From assembly GCA_963662945.1 (NCBI GenBank), contig OY759974.1:320001-384000 (forward strand): 64,000 bases of DNA, read 5' to 3'. Source of the DNA: Arcobacteraceae bacterium (lineage in GTDB: Bacteria; Campylobacterota; Campylobacteria; Campylobacterales; Arcobacteraceae). The position numbers were made by a program, and so were the translations under genes. Below the pieces are notes generated by a model. The model was not told the DNA's origin, did no database searches, and saw only the letters and a program-made list of their open reading frames with translations. Shown piece by piece: positions 9,899-20,200 of this stretch; positions within the stretch are counted from its first letter, which is position 1; each line of letters opens with the position of its first letter.

Positions 9899-10396
9899 TT
9901 ATTGTTTGATATTTAAAGCCAATTTGACTAAATTAATGTTTTTATGAAGCTTTTCTACTCTGTGCTCAAATTCATTTTTATGTGTATTGTAATAGATTGA
10001 ATTTTTTATATCCTCAAGTTTCTCATCAAAGTGTACTATTGTTTGATGTTGTATATCTTCATTTGTTAAACCTACAAGTAATTCAGGAGTTTGTTTTTCT
10101 AACTTTATGATTACATGTTCTAAGGTGTATTTATTATCAACATTTACTTCTAAATATTCACACATATCTATATATATTTGGTTAACATGTGAACCATATT
10201 TGTTGTAAATAACCCCTGCAAAATCATTAAGATATTTATGATAGTTTTTATAATTAGAGAAAAATTCTTTTATAATTTGATATTCAAATTCTTGATCTTC
10301 ATCATAGATTTTATCTATCATATGCTTTACTGACAAATTTAAAATTTGATTATCATTTTGTGTTCTTAGTTGTTGTAAAAAAATATTTTTAGTCAT
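9899..10396 (-). CDS. hypothetical protein
   Basis: Track start is 10414. ATG at 10396 is preferred: it has a GGAG RBS and the upstream ATG lies too close to the TGnTATAAT -10. Confidence 0.65.
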   Translation of the reverse strand: MTKNIFLQQLRTQNDNQILNLSVKHMIDKIYDEDQEFEYQIIKEFFSNYKNYHKYLNDFAGVIYNKYGSHVNQIYIDMCEYLEVNVDNKYTLEHVIIKLEKQTPELLVGLTNEDIQHQTIVHFDEKLEDIKNSIYYNTHKNEFEHRVEKLHKNINLVKLALNIKQ

Positions 10397-10468
10397 AATA
10401 AACTCCAATTTCATTAATTATATCAACTATTGAAGTTTATTAGTATATATATTTTGTTAGTTAAAATA

Positions 10469-11365
10469 TTAATGCTCTTTTGTTTCCCATATTTTATTGT
10501 ATTGTTCCTCTGTTAGTTTTACTAACTCTAACTCTTCAAGAAACTTATAAAGTTCATTCCATCTTTTATCATCTGCTTTTATATTTGTCTCAAATCTTGG
10601 AATGGTATCCTCTATAATTTTATTCATAAGGTTGTTATTTTCTTGTTGTGTGTAGTCAAAGTAAATAAATTTTGCCATATCAATATTTTCTTTACAATAT
10701 TGAGCCATATTATTAGTAACTTCAATAAACTTACAAAGTGCTTCTCCTTTTTCTTTGATAACTGTATCAGTTGTCATAAACTCTAAAGCTGAAAAGTTTG
10801 GATAAGGAGATAGATTCTGATCTATAAAAAGATTTTCAAAATTTTTTGCTTCTGCTTCAATTCCCTCAAAGTTATAAAAACAAAGCCATGCACCATCAAA
10901 GCTCTCATCATTTTTCATATTATTAATATGCCAAAAATCAGTTTCTACAAAAGTGACATTTTCTCTTAAAAGTTCAAATCCCTCTTTTTGAGCATACCTT
11001 TTTATTATCTCAAAACCTATTTTATTGGTTACTTCGTTTGCTGCTGGAGTTGTAATTTTTATAGGTTGGTTTGATTTTAGTTTTTCAACTCTATCTTTTC
11101 GTATCATCACTCCACCTCTTGTTTCAAAAAAACAACCCATAGATTTCAACCCATCAAAGTGATGTTCAAAAAGGTGTAAAGGTTCATTACAATGGATATC
11201 TATATCTGTATTTTTTAACTGTTCAAATCCATCATAGTGTTCATCTGGAGCTACTATCTCTAGGTCAATTCCTGCCTCTTTATATTTTCCTGTTTTGATA
11301 CCTGTTATCATTGGTAAATGGTCTGGATTTAAAAACCACTCTAGTGCTATTTTTATTTTTGTCAT
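10469..11365 (-). CDS. NMT1/THI5-like (ThiY-type) protein without signal peptide
   Basis: LEWFLNPDH..I..G.YKEAGIDL N-terminal signature; in operon with thiD-thiE. Confidence 0.8.
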   Translation of the reverse strand: MTKIKIALEWFLNPDHLPMITGIKTGKYKEAGIDLEIVAPDEHYDGFEQLKNTDIDIHCNEPLHLFEHHFDGLKSMGCFFETRGGVMIRKDRVEKLKSNQPIKITTPAANEVTNKIGFEIIKRYAQKEGFELLRENVTFVETDFWHINNMKNDESFDGAWLCFYNFEGIEAEAKNFENLFIDQNLSPYPNFSALEFMTTDTVIKEKGEALCKFIEVTNNMAQYCKENIDMAKFIYFDYTQQENNNLMNKIIEDTIPRFETNIKADDKRWNELYKFLEELELVKLTEEQYNKIWETKEH

Positions 11366-11374
11366 ATTTTTCTC

Positions 11375-12001
11375 CTACTTAAATTGTTTAGCATAATATA
11401 TGGCATGTGAAGTTATATCAACACTGTTCCAAATATCACTTATAATACTGACCATATCTGGTCTAAAATTTATAATCTCATCTATGTTTTTGCTGTTGAT
11501 TCCACCTATAGCACAGATAGGAATTTTGAGTCTATTTCTTGCTATTTTTAGAGTTTCTAGTGGTACTACATTTGAATCAGGTTTTGTAGGGCTAGCATAA
11601 AATGAACCAAAAGCAACATAATCAGCCCCTAAAAGTTCAAATCTTTTTGCAAGTGCTACATCTCCATAACAACTCACCCCTATAACTCCTTGAAATTTTT
11701 TCCGTATATCTATAAAATTTTCATGGTCGCTTTTTCCTATATGAAGTCCATCACATTGGATTTTGATTGCAACTTTTATATTATCATTGAGTACAAAAAG
11801 TGCATTGTACTCTTCACAAAGTTTTTGGATTTTTATGGCAATTTGTTCTAAAACAACATCACTACTTTTTTTGTCTCTAAGTTGTACAATTGTAGCACCA
11901 CCACTTAATGCTAATTCTACTTTTTCCAAAACTTTATCAGAGGGTGTAAGCTTATCATCTGTGATAACATAAAGTCCTCTTAGTTTTCTTTGATATGACA
12001 T
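11375..12001 (-). CDS. thiE: thiamine-phosphate synthase
   Basis: LYVIT, VQLRDK, ND, GLHIG, GADYVAFG, AIGGI. Confidence 0.95.
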   Translation of the reverse strand: MSYQRKLRGLYVITDDKLTPSDKVLEKVELALSGGATIVQLRDKKSSDVVLEQIAIKIQKLCEEYNALFVLNDNIKVAIKIQCDGLHIGKSDHENFIDIRKKFQGVIGVSCYGDVALAKRFELLGADYVAFGSFYASPTKPDSNVVPLETLKIARNRLKIPICAIGGINSKNIDEIINFRPDMVSIISDIWNSVDITSHAIYYAKQFK

Positions 12002-12780
12002 ATTTCACCTGCTATTCTATGAGATATAGGTCCATTTCCAGAACCAATTTTTGGAGCATTTTTAATCCCTAAATAGATAAATTTTTTAGCTATTTGAAGA
12101 GATTCTTGGAGTGATTTTCCTAAACTTAAGTTTGCTGCAATGGCACTACTAAAACTACATCCAGTACCGTGAGTTGCAGTTGATTCTAGATATGGAGTAT
12201 CAAAGATAAACTTTTCTCTTCCCATAAAAAGTGTATCCACACTTCTTTTGTGGTCATTTATCTCTTGGATATGATTTTTTATCACTACTGAACAAGGAAG
12301 TTGAAAAATATTTTTTAAACTATCCGTAGAGGCAAATTCATATCCTAAAAGTTCTTTTGCTTCAAAAATATTTGGGGTGATAAGGGTCACATAGGGGAAA
12401 AGTGATTTCATATTTTCTATAGCATCTACACTTAAAAGTTTTGAACCAGCTTTAGAGATAAAAACAGGATCAAATACTATTGGGATATTCAAATCTTTTA
12501 TAAACTCCCTTACTGTATCAATAATCTCATTTGAGTAAAGCATCCCAATTTTTATAGCACTTACTTCAAAATCATCAAATACAGCTTTGATTTGAGCATT
12601 TATAAAATCAGGGGTAATATCAAAAATATCTGTCACACCTTTTGTATTTTGGGCAGTTAATACAGTAATAACACTCATCCCAAACACACCAAATGCCTCA
12701 AATGTTTTTAAATCAGCTTGAATACCAGCTCCACCGCTACTATCACTACCAGCAATAGTTAAAACTATTTTTGTACTCAT
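11980..12780 (-). CDS. thiD: hydroxymethylpyrimidine/phosphomethylpyrimidine kinase
   Basis: IAGSDSSGGAGIQADLK, TAQN, HGTGC. Confidence 0.95.
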   Translation of the reverse strand: MSTKIVLTIAGSDSSGGAGIQADLKTFEAFGVFGMSVITVLTAQNTKGVTDIFDITPDFINAQIKAVFDDFEVSAIKIGMLYSNEIIDTVREFIKDLNIPIVFDPVFISKAGSKLLSVDAIENMKSLFPYVTLITPNIFEAKELLGYEFASTDSLKNIFQLPCSVVIKNHIQEINDHKRSVDTLFMGREKFIFDTPYLESTATHGTGCSFSSAIAANLSLGKSLQESLQIAKKFIYLGIKNAPKIGSGNGPISHRIAGEICHIKEN

Positions 12781-12851
12781 AAAATTCCTTTTTATTTTAT
12801 GAGGATAGTTTATAATTTATAGAGATTGTTTTGTATTATAAAAATGTCTTT

Positions 12852-13565
12852 TTATAGGCTTCTTCTCTCAAGATAATCTCGAAACTCTTTTGCACCATCT
12901 TTGGAACTTGTAACAATCTCATCTATACCATGAAAACTTATCTCTAATTTTGATTGTTCAACACTTTGCATCGATTTTATTTTGTCCGTGTTTACTATGA
13001 TTGAACGGTGGATTCTAAAGAAGCTTTTATTTTGAAGTAGGGTATCCATATCTCCTATTTTTCTTCGTACATACACATCAGCATCTTTGATCCGTACAAT
13101 CACTTCATCTAAATCTGCTTTGATATAAAAAATATCATTTATCTCTATAAGATAGATTTTATTTCCCCTTTTTCCCATGATTTTTTTCCCTGTTGTGGTA
13201 GGGGTGATTTCCAAATATTTTGTCACTTTTGTAAGAGCATTTTTGACATTTTCTAGTGTTGTTGGTTTAAGAATATAATCAACTCCACCAGCTTTAAAAG
13301 CATCAATTGCAAACTCTTCATAGGCAGTTTGGAAGATAATAAAAGTTTGAGGTTCAATATCTAAAATTTTATTTGCTAGTTCAAGTCCTGTAATATTTGG
13401 CATTTGGATATCTAAAAATACAACGTCATATTTTGTTTTTTGAATATTTTCTAAAACATCTCTTGGGTCATTAAAACTTGTGATATCTTCAATCCCAAGT
13501 TCATGTAACAGTCTTGTTAGTCTACTTGTTGCTAATTTTTCATCATCTACTATTAATATTTTCAT
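12852..13565 (-). CDS. LytR/AlgR family response regulator (REC-LytTR)
   Basis: VDDE, FLDIQMP, FQTAY, DYILKP, FFRIHRS.IVN. Confidence 0.92.
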   Translation of the reverse strand: MKILIVDDEKLATSRLTRLLHELGIEDITSFNDPRDVLENIQKTKYDVVFLDIQMPNITGLELANKILDIEPQTFIIFQTAYEEFAIDAFKAGGVDYILKPTTLENVKNALTKVTKYLEITPTTTGKKIMGKRGNKIYLIEINDIFYIKADLDEVIVRIKDADVYVRRKIGDMDTLLQNKSFFRIHRSIIVNTDKIKSMQSVEQSKLEISFHGIDEIVTSSKDGAKEFRDYLERRSL

Positions 13566-14554
13566 TGTTTCCCTTTGAGTTTGATTTCGAATGTTGTATT
13601 GAGTTCATCAGCTATATAGTGTAACTTTCCAATTTCTAGAAACTCTAATCTTTTTGAAAGATTGGATAACCCTGTACCAAAATTTATTGAAAGTGGTTTT
13701 TTTCCATTGTTTGATACAGTTATTGTATGGTTTTTGATTTCAATTATGATTTTGAGTTCACAAGAGTTATAACCATGTTTTATAGCATTTTCTACTAATA
13801 GTTGTATAGAAAATTTTGGAACTTTAATATCATCTATAGAGTGATTTTTTATTTCAAGTTTTATTTTATCTTCAAAACGGATATTTTCTATATTCACATA
13901 GGTTTGTACCATAGAGAGTTCATCTTCTATAGGGATAATACTCTCTGTTTTAATAGCATTTCGTAAAAATTTAGAAAGATTGAGTATAGAGTTTTCAGCT
14001 TTTTTTGGGTCAATATACACCAATTCACTCATAGAGTTTAATGCATTAAATAAAAAGTGTGGATTGAGTTCATTTTCTAGTGTTTTTATTTTGCTTAGTA
14101 ATATCTCATTTTTAATCGATTCATTTTTATATTTCATAGAGATAAACTGATGTAAAATAAGCCCAACTAAAAAAGTCAAAAATCCAATAGTTATAGTGAT
14201 ATAAAGCCAATAAGGTTTTATTAAAGTGAGAATTTGTGTATCAAAATTTAAAAAAATAGCAAAACTAAATAAAAATCCAAAAGCCCCAGAACAAAAAGAG
14301 AAAAAGAAACTAATAATATACCAAAATTTTTCATTCACATTTGGGAGGATAAAATTATTTGATATAGTAATAAGTAAAGATGCACACAACGAGATACAAA
14401 TAGCCGTAGTTACACTAAAAATTATTGTGGAGAGGTGTTGTAAATTGTTGTTTAAAAAGTATAAAAACAAAGAGATAAAAAATCCAAAAAAAGCTCCGAT
14501 AATAACAATATAAGTCCAATCATTACTAGAGATTTTTAATTCAACTGTTTCCAT
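13562..14554 (-). CDS. LytS/YehU family sensor histidine kinase
   Basis: Multiple TM helices; LNPHFLFNALN, IENIRF, QLLVENAIKHG, GTGLSNL. Confidence 0.92.
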   Translation of the reverse strand: METVELKISSNDWTYIVIIGAFFGFFISLFLYFLNNNLQHLSTIIFSVTTAICISLCASLLITISNNFILPNVNEKFWYIISFFFSFCSGAFGFLFSFAIFLNFDTQILTLIKPYWLYITITIGFLTFLVGLILHQFISMKYKNESIKNEILLSKIKTLENELNPHFLFNALNSMSELVYIDPKKAENSILNLSKFLRNAIKTESIIPIEDELSMVQTYVNIENIRFEDKIKLEIKNHSIDDIKVPKFSIQLLVENAIKHGYNSCELKIIIEIKNHTITVSNNGKKPLSINFGTGLSNLSKRLEFLEIGKLHYIADELNTTFEIKLKGKQ

Positions 14555-15956
14555 TTAATTCCTTTTGTAATACATCAACCCCAAGTGCAACTCCAGGCCA
14601 ACCTTGACCTGCAAAAACTGTATCTCCCACATTATAAAGTCCATCAAATGGGGTATTACAACTAGGTAATTGTGTGATATTGTGAAATCCTATCGCTTTT
14701 CCACCACAATTATATCTATTTATATATCTATTAAAAGTAAATGAGGTAGCACTATGTATTTTTGTAATATTTTCTTTTTTTAAACTTGTAAAATATTCTA
14801 AAAATTTATTGAGTATATAGTGTGTTGTTTCCTCTTTTGTTTTATCATAATTAACTAAATATCTCCAAAAGTTTGCTTTTGTATGGGTCGAAATAGTTAC
14901 GCTAGTTCCATTTTGACTTAAAATCTCATCATCACTTTTTGAAAAAGAGACAAAAAAAGAGTTGGAGATACAGTTTGGTAAAGACTCATTATAGATAAAT
15001 TGATAATGCTCTAAAAAATCATATTTTTTATCTAAAGTCAGATAGATTACAAAAGCACTTTGGTCACTAAAACTAAAACTATTATAATATTTTTGTATCT
15101 CTTTATTTTCAAATAATTCAGCTGATTGATAGATAGAGGAGTTTAGAATCAGTTGTTTTGTTCTATATTCATTTTTTTTAGATTGGAGTATATAGTTTTT
15201 CCCATCTTTTATAATTTTTTTTATCTCCTCACTCTTTTTCACCTCTATATCTTTGAGTATCTCTTCTATTAAACTTCCCATTCCCCCATATACATAAAAT
15301 ACATCATGAAAAGGGTAAGATAGACCAAGTGCTAAAGATAAAAGTGAAATATTTTTTGAGGTAGTTTGTATTGTTATAAGAAGTTGTGCATCGATAAAGT
15401 TTTGATACTCTTGTGAAATATCGCCTAAAGTTGTTTTGATAAAACTATCAGCACTTTTGAGTAAATCAAACCGAAAAGTCTGGAGGAGTTCACCTATAAA
15501 AGAGGTAGTTTTGAGGTATCTTTGAAAACTATATTTTCCATAATATATCTTTTTTAGTTGCCAAAATTTTTCATCTATTTGTTTTATTTTATTCCAAAAA
15601 AGTTTATTATTTTTATTTGGATAGGTTTGTTCAATATTTTCTAAAAAAGTATCAAAATCTTTAACTCTATCTATCGTTCTCTTTTCTTGAACAACTCTTA
15701 TAGCTACTTTGCTTTTAGAAACATTAGGGACAATGCCAATAGTATCAAAATGCTTTTTAAGAATATGACCATCTTCATATCCTACAAGTGTTGTTGCCCC
15801 TGTGTTATAATAGTTTCCAGTTTTTCTAAAAGTACTAGCACAACCACCAAGATTTTTATCTTTTTCAAATAAAGCTATATTTTTATTGGCATTAAGAGAT
15901 GCTATTAAACTTCCCCCAATACCACTACCAACTACAGCTATATTAAATGATTGCAC
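14541..15956 (-). CDS. FAD-dependent oxidoreductase, phytoene desaturase (CrtI/CrtD-like) family
   Basis: GSGIGG Rossmann motif, LGGCASTF...GAT, YGGMGSL, C-terminal VGDTVFAGQGWPGV; GTG start with AGGAG RBS. Confidence 0.8.
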   Translation of the reverse strand: MQSFNIAVVGSGIGGSLIASLNANKNIALFEKDKNLGGCASTFRKTGNYYNTGATTLVGYEDGHILKKHFDTIGIVPNVSKSKVAIRVVQEKRTIDRVKDFDTFLENIEQTYPNKNNKLFWNKIKQIDEKFWQLKKIYYGKYSFQRYLKTTSFIGELLQTFRFDLLKSADSFIKTTLGDISQEYQNFIDAQLLITIQTTSKNISLLSLALGLSYPFHDVFYVYGGMGSLIEEILKDIEVKKSEEIKKIIKDGKNYILQSKKNEYRTKQLILNSSIYQSAELFENKEIQKYYNSFSFSDQSAFVIYLTLDKKYDFLEHYQFIYNESLPNCISNSFFVSFSKSDDEILSQNGTSVTISTHTKANFWRYLVNYDKTKEETTHYILNKFLEYFTSLKKENITKIHSATSFTFNRYINRYNCGGKAIGFHNITQLPSCNTPFDGLYNVGDTVFAGQGWPGVALGVDVLQKELNGNS

Positions 15957-16098
15957 CTTTGCTCCTATTGTTTTTTTATTATTATAGAGTTTTTTTGCTA
16001 TTTTAGTAGAAGTTAAATGTTAGTTAAACATTTAAACTTCTCAATTACATTTAGGTGAAGTCTCTTATCTTTACGACTAATCTACCAATAAATTTTTA

Positions 16099-17034
16099 CT
16101 ATATACTCTCATATAAATTTTTCAAGCACTTTATAAACAAACGGTGATGATTTGGTGCTTTTGCTACACGATAATCTTCAAATCCTAATTCAGCAGCAAC
16201 TTCTCTATACTCGATATCTAGTTCCCCTTGTGTTTCTGAATTATCTACTGTAAACGAAGTTGGATAGATGATTACCTTTGAATTTTTCTCAATAACTTCT
16301 GCTAACTTATCTTCTAAATAGGGTCTAAGCCACTCCATAGGTCCTAGTCTTGATTGGTATGCTACTTCTATATTTTTGAACTCTATTCCTTGTTTATCTA
16401 GCTCTTTTCTAGCGGCTTTAACATTAGCTAAAATATGTTTTTGATAAAAATCCCCTTTATCGATAGTTCTTTGTGTTAATCCATGAGCTGAGAAGATAAG
16501 AGTAAACTCTTTACTATCATCTTTACCTAAACTCTCTTTAATCCGTTCTACTATGGTTTGATTATATAAATCATTCTCATAATAATCATCTATAGTTTTA
16601 ATTTTTTTTTCAATACCATATTTTTTTGCCTCATTTACAAGATCTTCTATACTTGATTTTGTAGTCGTAGAGGAATAATGTGGATACATAGATATTGCAC
16701 ATATCTCATCATACTCTTTGATTTTAGGTATCACTTCACTAGCAAATGGTGGTGTATATCGCATCACATGAAACACATCAGCATCTACCTCTTTAGCTAG
16801 CCTTCTAACAAGTCTTTTTGTATGACCAACTATAGGGGAAACTCCACCTAATAAACTATAATTATGTTGAGCTTCTTTCAGTCTTTTTTTTCGTATAATC
16901 CAACCTATCATTGCTCGTATTGGCTGGGGTGCTCCTATGATATATTTATCATTAAACATATTTTTTAAAAAAACATCCACTTCGCTAAGATTGTTGGGAC
17001 CACCCATATTCATCAAAACTATCGCTTTTTTCAT
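16099..17034 (-). CDS. hemH: ferrochelatase
   Basis: LMNMGGP, GGVSP, MRY, YPHYSSTT, FSAHG, YQSRLGP..WL.P, DNSET..ELD. Confidence 0.95.
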   Translation of the reverse strand: MKKAIVLMNMGGPNNLSEVDVFLKNMFNDKYIIGAPQPIRAMIGWIIRKKRLKEAQHNYSLLGGVSPIVGHTKRLVRRLAKEVDADVFHVMRYTPPFASEVIPKIKEYDEICAISMYPHYSSTTTKSSIEDLVNEAKKYGIEKKIKTIDDYYENDLYNQTIVERIKESLGKDDSKEFTLIFSAHGLTQRTIDKGDFYQKHILANVKAARKELDKQGIEFKNIEVAYQSRLGPMEWLRPYLEDKLAEVIEKNSKVIIYPTSFTVDNSETQGELDIEYREVAAELGFEDYRVAKAPNHHRLFIKCLKNLYESI

Positions 17035-17149
17035 TTTATAAAACTCTTTTTGTTTTATTGTATAGTTTCTTAAGATTAATTTGTATCTATATAATGTTAT
17101 TTAATAAGAATAGTACTAATAGAAAAATTGAATAAGGCTAGTATTTATA

Positions 17150-17224
17150 TGGTGTTCGAGATTGGATTTGAACCAACGGCCACTACAATGTCAATGTAGT
17201 GCTCTACCCCTGAGCTACCCGAAC
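17150..17224 (-). tRNA. tRNA-Val(GAC)
   Basis: Minus strand GTTCGGGTAGCTCAGGGGTAGAGCACTACA-TTGACAT-TGTAGTGGCCGTTGGTTCAAATCCAATCTCGAACACCA folds as a cloverleaf; anticodon GAC, encoded CCA. Confidence 0.97.
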
Positions 17225-17250
17225 TTTTTGAAAAGTTCGGAATTATACAC

Positions 17251-20200
17251 TTATTTTAATTTATATTGTTTTAAACTATAAAAAACAACAGGAATTACAA
17301 ATAAAGTTAAAACTGCAGAACTAGTCATTCCCCCTATCATAGGAACAGCAATAGCTCGCATAACTTCGCTTCCTACTCCACTTATATACATAATAGGAAG
17401 AAGTCCACCAAGTATTGCAAATACTGTCATAAGTTTAGGACGAAGTCTTAAAACTGCTCCATTTATCACTATTTGCTTTAGCTTATCAATTGTACATTTC
17501 TCATTTGTTGCATCAAAATCACTCAGGGCTTCATCTAGATAAACAAGCATAACGATTGAAGTTTCTGCTGCAATTCCTAAGAGTGCGATAAATCCTACAA
17601 TAACAGCAACACTTATATTCATATGAAGATACTCAATATACCAAATTCCTCCTGCAAGTGCCAAAGGAAGTGTAAAAAATATAATAGAGGTATACAATAT
17701 ATTTTTAAATGCAAAATAGATAAGTATAAATATCAATAAAAAAGTCAAAGGGATAATAAATGTCAAAGTTCTCATAGCACTTTCTAGATATTGACTCTGA
17801 CCAGCCCACTCAATATAATATCCAGTTGGTAATTTTATCTCTTCTAAAAGTTTTACCGCCTCCTCTTTATATGCTTGAGGTGAGATATCATTTTGAGGTG
17901 TAATATAAATAAAGTTTACATTCATAGCTTTTTCAGACTTTATCACTGATGCACCCATTTGATAGTTTAATGTTGCAAATGTTTCTAGCGGGAAGTAGCC
18001 AAATTTTGTTTTTATTTTTAACTGTTTTAATTGATTTATATCCCCTCTTGAACTTATATCATATCGCAAGCTTATCGGGTATCTTTCTAGTTGGTCATAC
18101 ATCGTAGATACTTTTGCCCCACCAACTCCATAAGAGACAGTATCAAGGATATTTTGTTTTGTAATACCATATTGACTTAAGGCAACACTGTTTATATCTA
18201 TATTTAGATAGTAACCATTATTTATCTTATCAGAAGAAACAGAGAGTGTTTTTTTAGATGTTTTGAGTTTTTGTTCTATTTGCAACGCAATATCTGATAA
18301 TATTTTATGGTCATCCCCATAAAGCTTAATACCCAAAGGTGTTCGTATACCTGTAAGAAGCATATCTATTCTTCCTCGTATTGGATACGTCCATGAGTTG
18401 ATAAGTCCTTGCACTTGTAAAGCTTTATCCAAGTCTTGCATAAGTTTTTTATAAGTCATACCCTCTCGCCATTGATTTTCAGGTTTAAAAGTGATAATTG
18501 TTTCTATCATTGCTAATGGAGCTGGGTCAGTTGCGGTATCTGCTCGTCCGCCTTTGCCAAATACTGTATCAACTTCTGGAAAACTTTTAATAATTTGATT
18601 TGTTTTTTGTGTTAATCTTTTTGCTTCATCTATCCCTATCCCATAAGGAGTAACTGGCATATACATAAAAGTTTGTTCATTCATCATAGGCATAAATTCC
18701 CAATTTTGTTTTTGGTATAAATAATATGAAAATCCTAAAAAAACAATACAAAACACTATCACAACATATCGAAGTTTCAATGCAATATTTAACATTACTA
18801 AATATATTTTTTGAAAAAAGCTATTTATAAAATTTTTCTCTTCAGGGACTATATTTCCTTTTATAAAATATATCATCAAAATAGGAACTAAAGTAATAGA
18901 GAGTATTGCACCAACAAGCACTGCAAAAGTTTTTGTAAATGCTAGTGGTGTAAAGAGTTGCCCCTCTTGACCTTCTAATACAAAGATTGGTAAAAAAGAA
19001 ACTACCACAAGCAAAAGTGCAAAAAATATAGGTCGACCTACAAATTTTGCAGACTTTATGATTGTTTCTACCCTTTTTGCTGGTGTGATTACTTCCCCTT
19101 TAAGTTCTAGTCTATGAAGATACTTATGAGCATTTTCAACCATCACTATACTGGCATCCACCATAGCACCAATTGCAATAGCAATACCCCCTAAAGACAT
19201 AATATTTGAACCAATATCAAATAGATACATCAATAAAAATGTAAACATAACTGTAATTGGTAAAGTGATAATAATAATTAATGAACTTCTAAAATGAAAT
19301 AAAAACAATCCAGTTACAATAAGTACAATAATTGACTCTTCTACTAAAGTCTTTGTAAGTGTTGCAATAGCTTTGTCTATTAAACTACTTCTATCGTAAG
19401 TTTCTACTACCTCTACATCATCTACTTTGAGACTTTTTAATTTCTCTTTAACTGCTTGGATAACTTTATATGGATTTTCTTTAAATCGTACAACTACAAT
19501 ACCACCTACTGTTTCCCCTTGCCCATTAAGTTCAGCCATCCCTCGTCTATTTTTTGAAGTGATATTTACTTGGGCTATATCTTTTATTTTTATAGGAATT
19601 GTTCCATTGACTTTTATTGTGATATCCTCTATTTGTGCTATATTTTTTATATACCCACTTGCAGTAATAAGATGTTCAAAACCATTTTCAAGTATAAGTC
19701 TTCCACCTGTGTCATTATTAAAAGCTAAGAGTTTTTGTCGCACCTCATCTATAGATATATCATACTGTACAAGTCTATCTTGATTTAAAGTTATCTCATA
19801 GTTTTTTATAAAGCCACCGATAGTTGCTACCTCGCTTACCCCATCTACTCCTAAAAGTGCGTATTTATAAAAATAATCTTGTAGGCTTCGCAATTCATCT
19901 AAACTTTTTGTATCTGATTTTAAAGCATACTCATAAGCCCACCCTATTCCAGTGGCATCAGGTCCCATAGTTACCTCAACACCCTTTGGTAAAGAAGGTG
20001 TTATTTCAGCTAGTTTTTCAAGTATTCTATCTCTTGATTTATATAAATCAGCACCATCTTTAAAAATCACATATATCAAGCTGTTTTCAAAACTACTCAT
20101 AGCTCGTACAGTATTAATATCTTTTAAAGACAACAGTGCCGAAACCAAAGGATAACTTACTTGTTCTTCTATAAGCTTTGGTGCTTGCCCACCCCATTTT

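Noticed and set aside
12781-12851. TPP riboswitch upstream of thiD
   Set aside because: Gap is about 70 nt and AT-rich, and lacks the CUGAGA core
2265-16025. Shared AAC...TAC box as an ECF sigma factor promoter
   Set aside because: AAC-to-TAC spacing is shorter than typical ECF -35/-10 spacing, a sigma70-type -10 follows at fixed distance, and no ECF sigma gene is in the window
16048-16060. 13-mer CATTTAGGTGAAG also found inside the putative ncRNA (57212-57224)
   Set aside because: Single short match with unrelated flanks; the hairpin arm is not preserved; treated as chance
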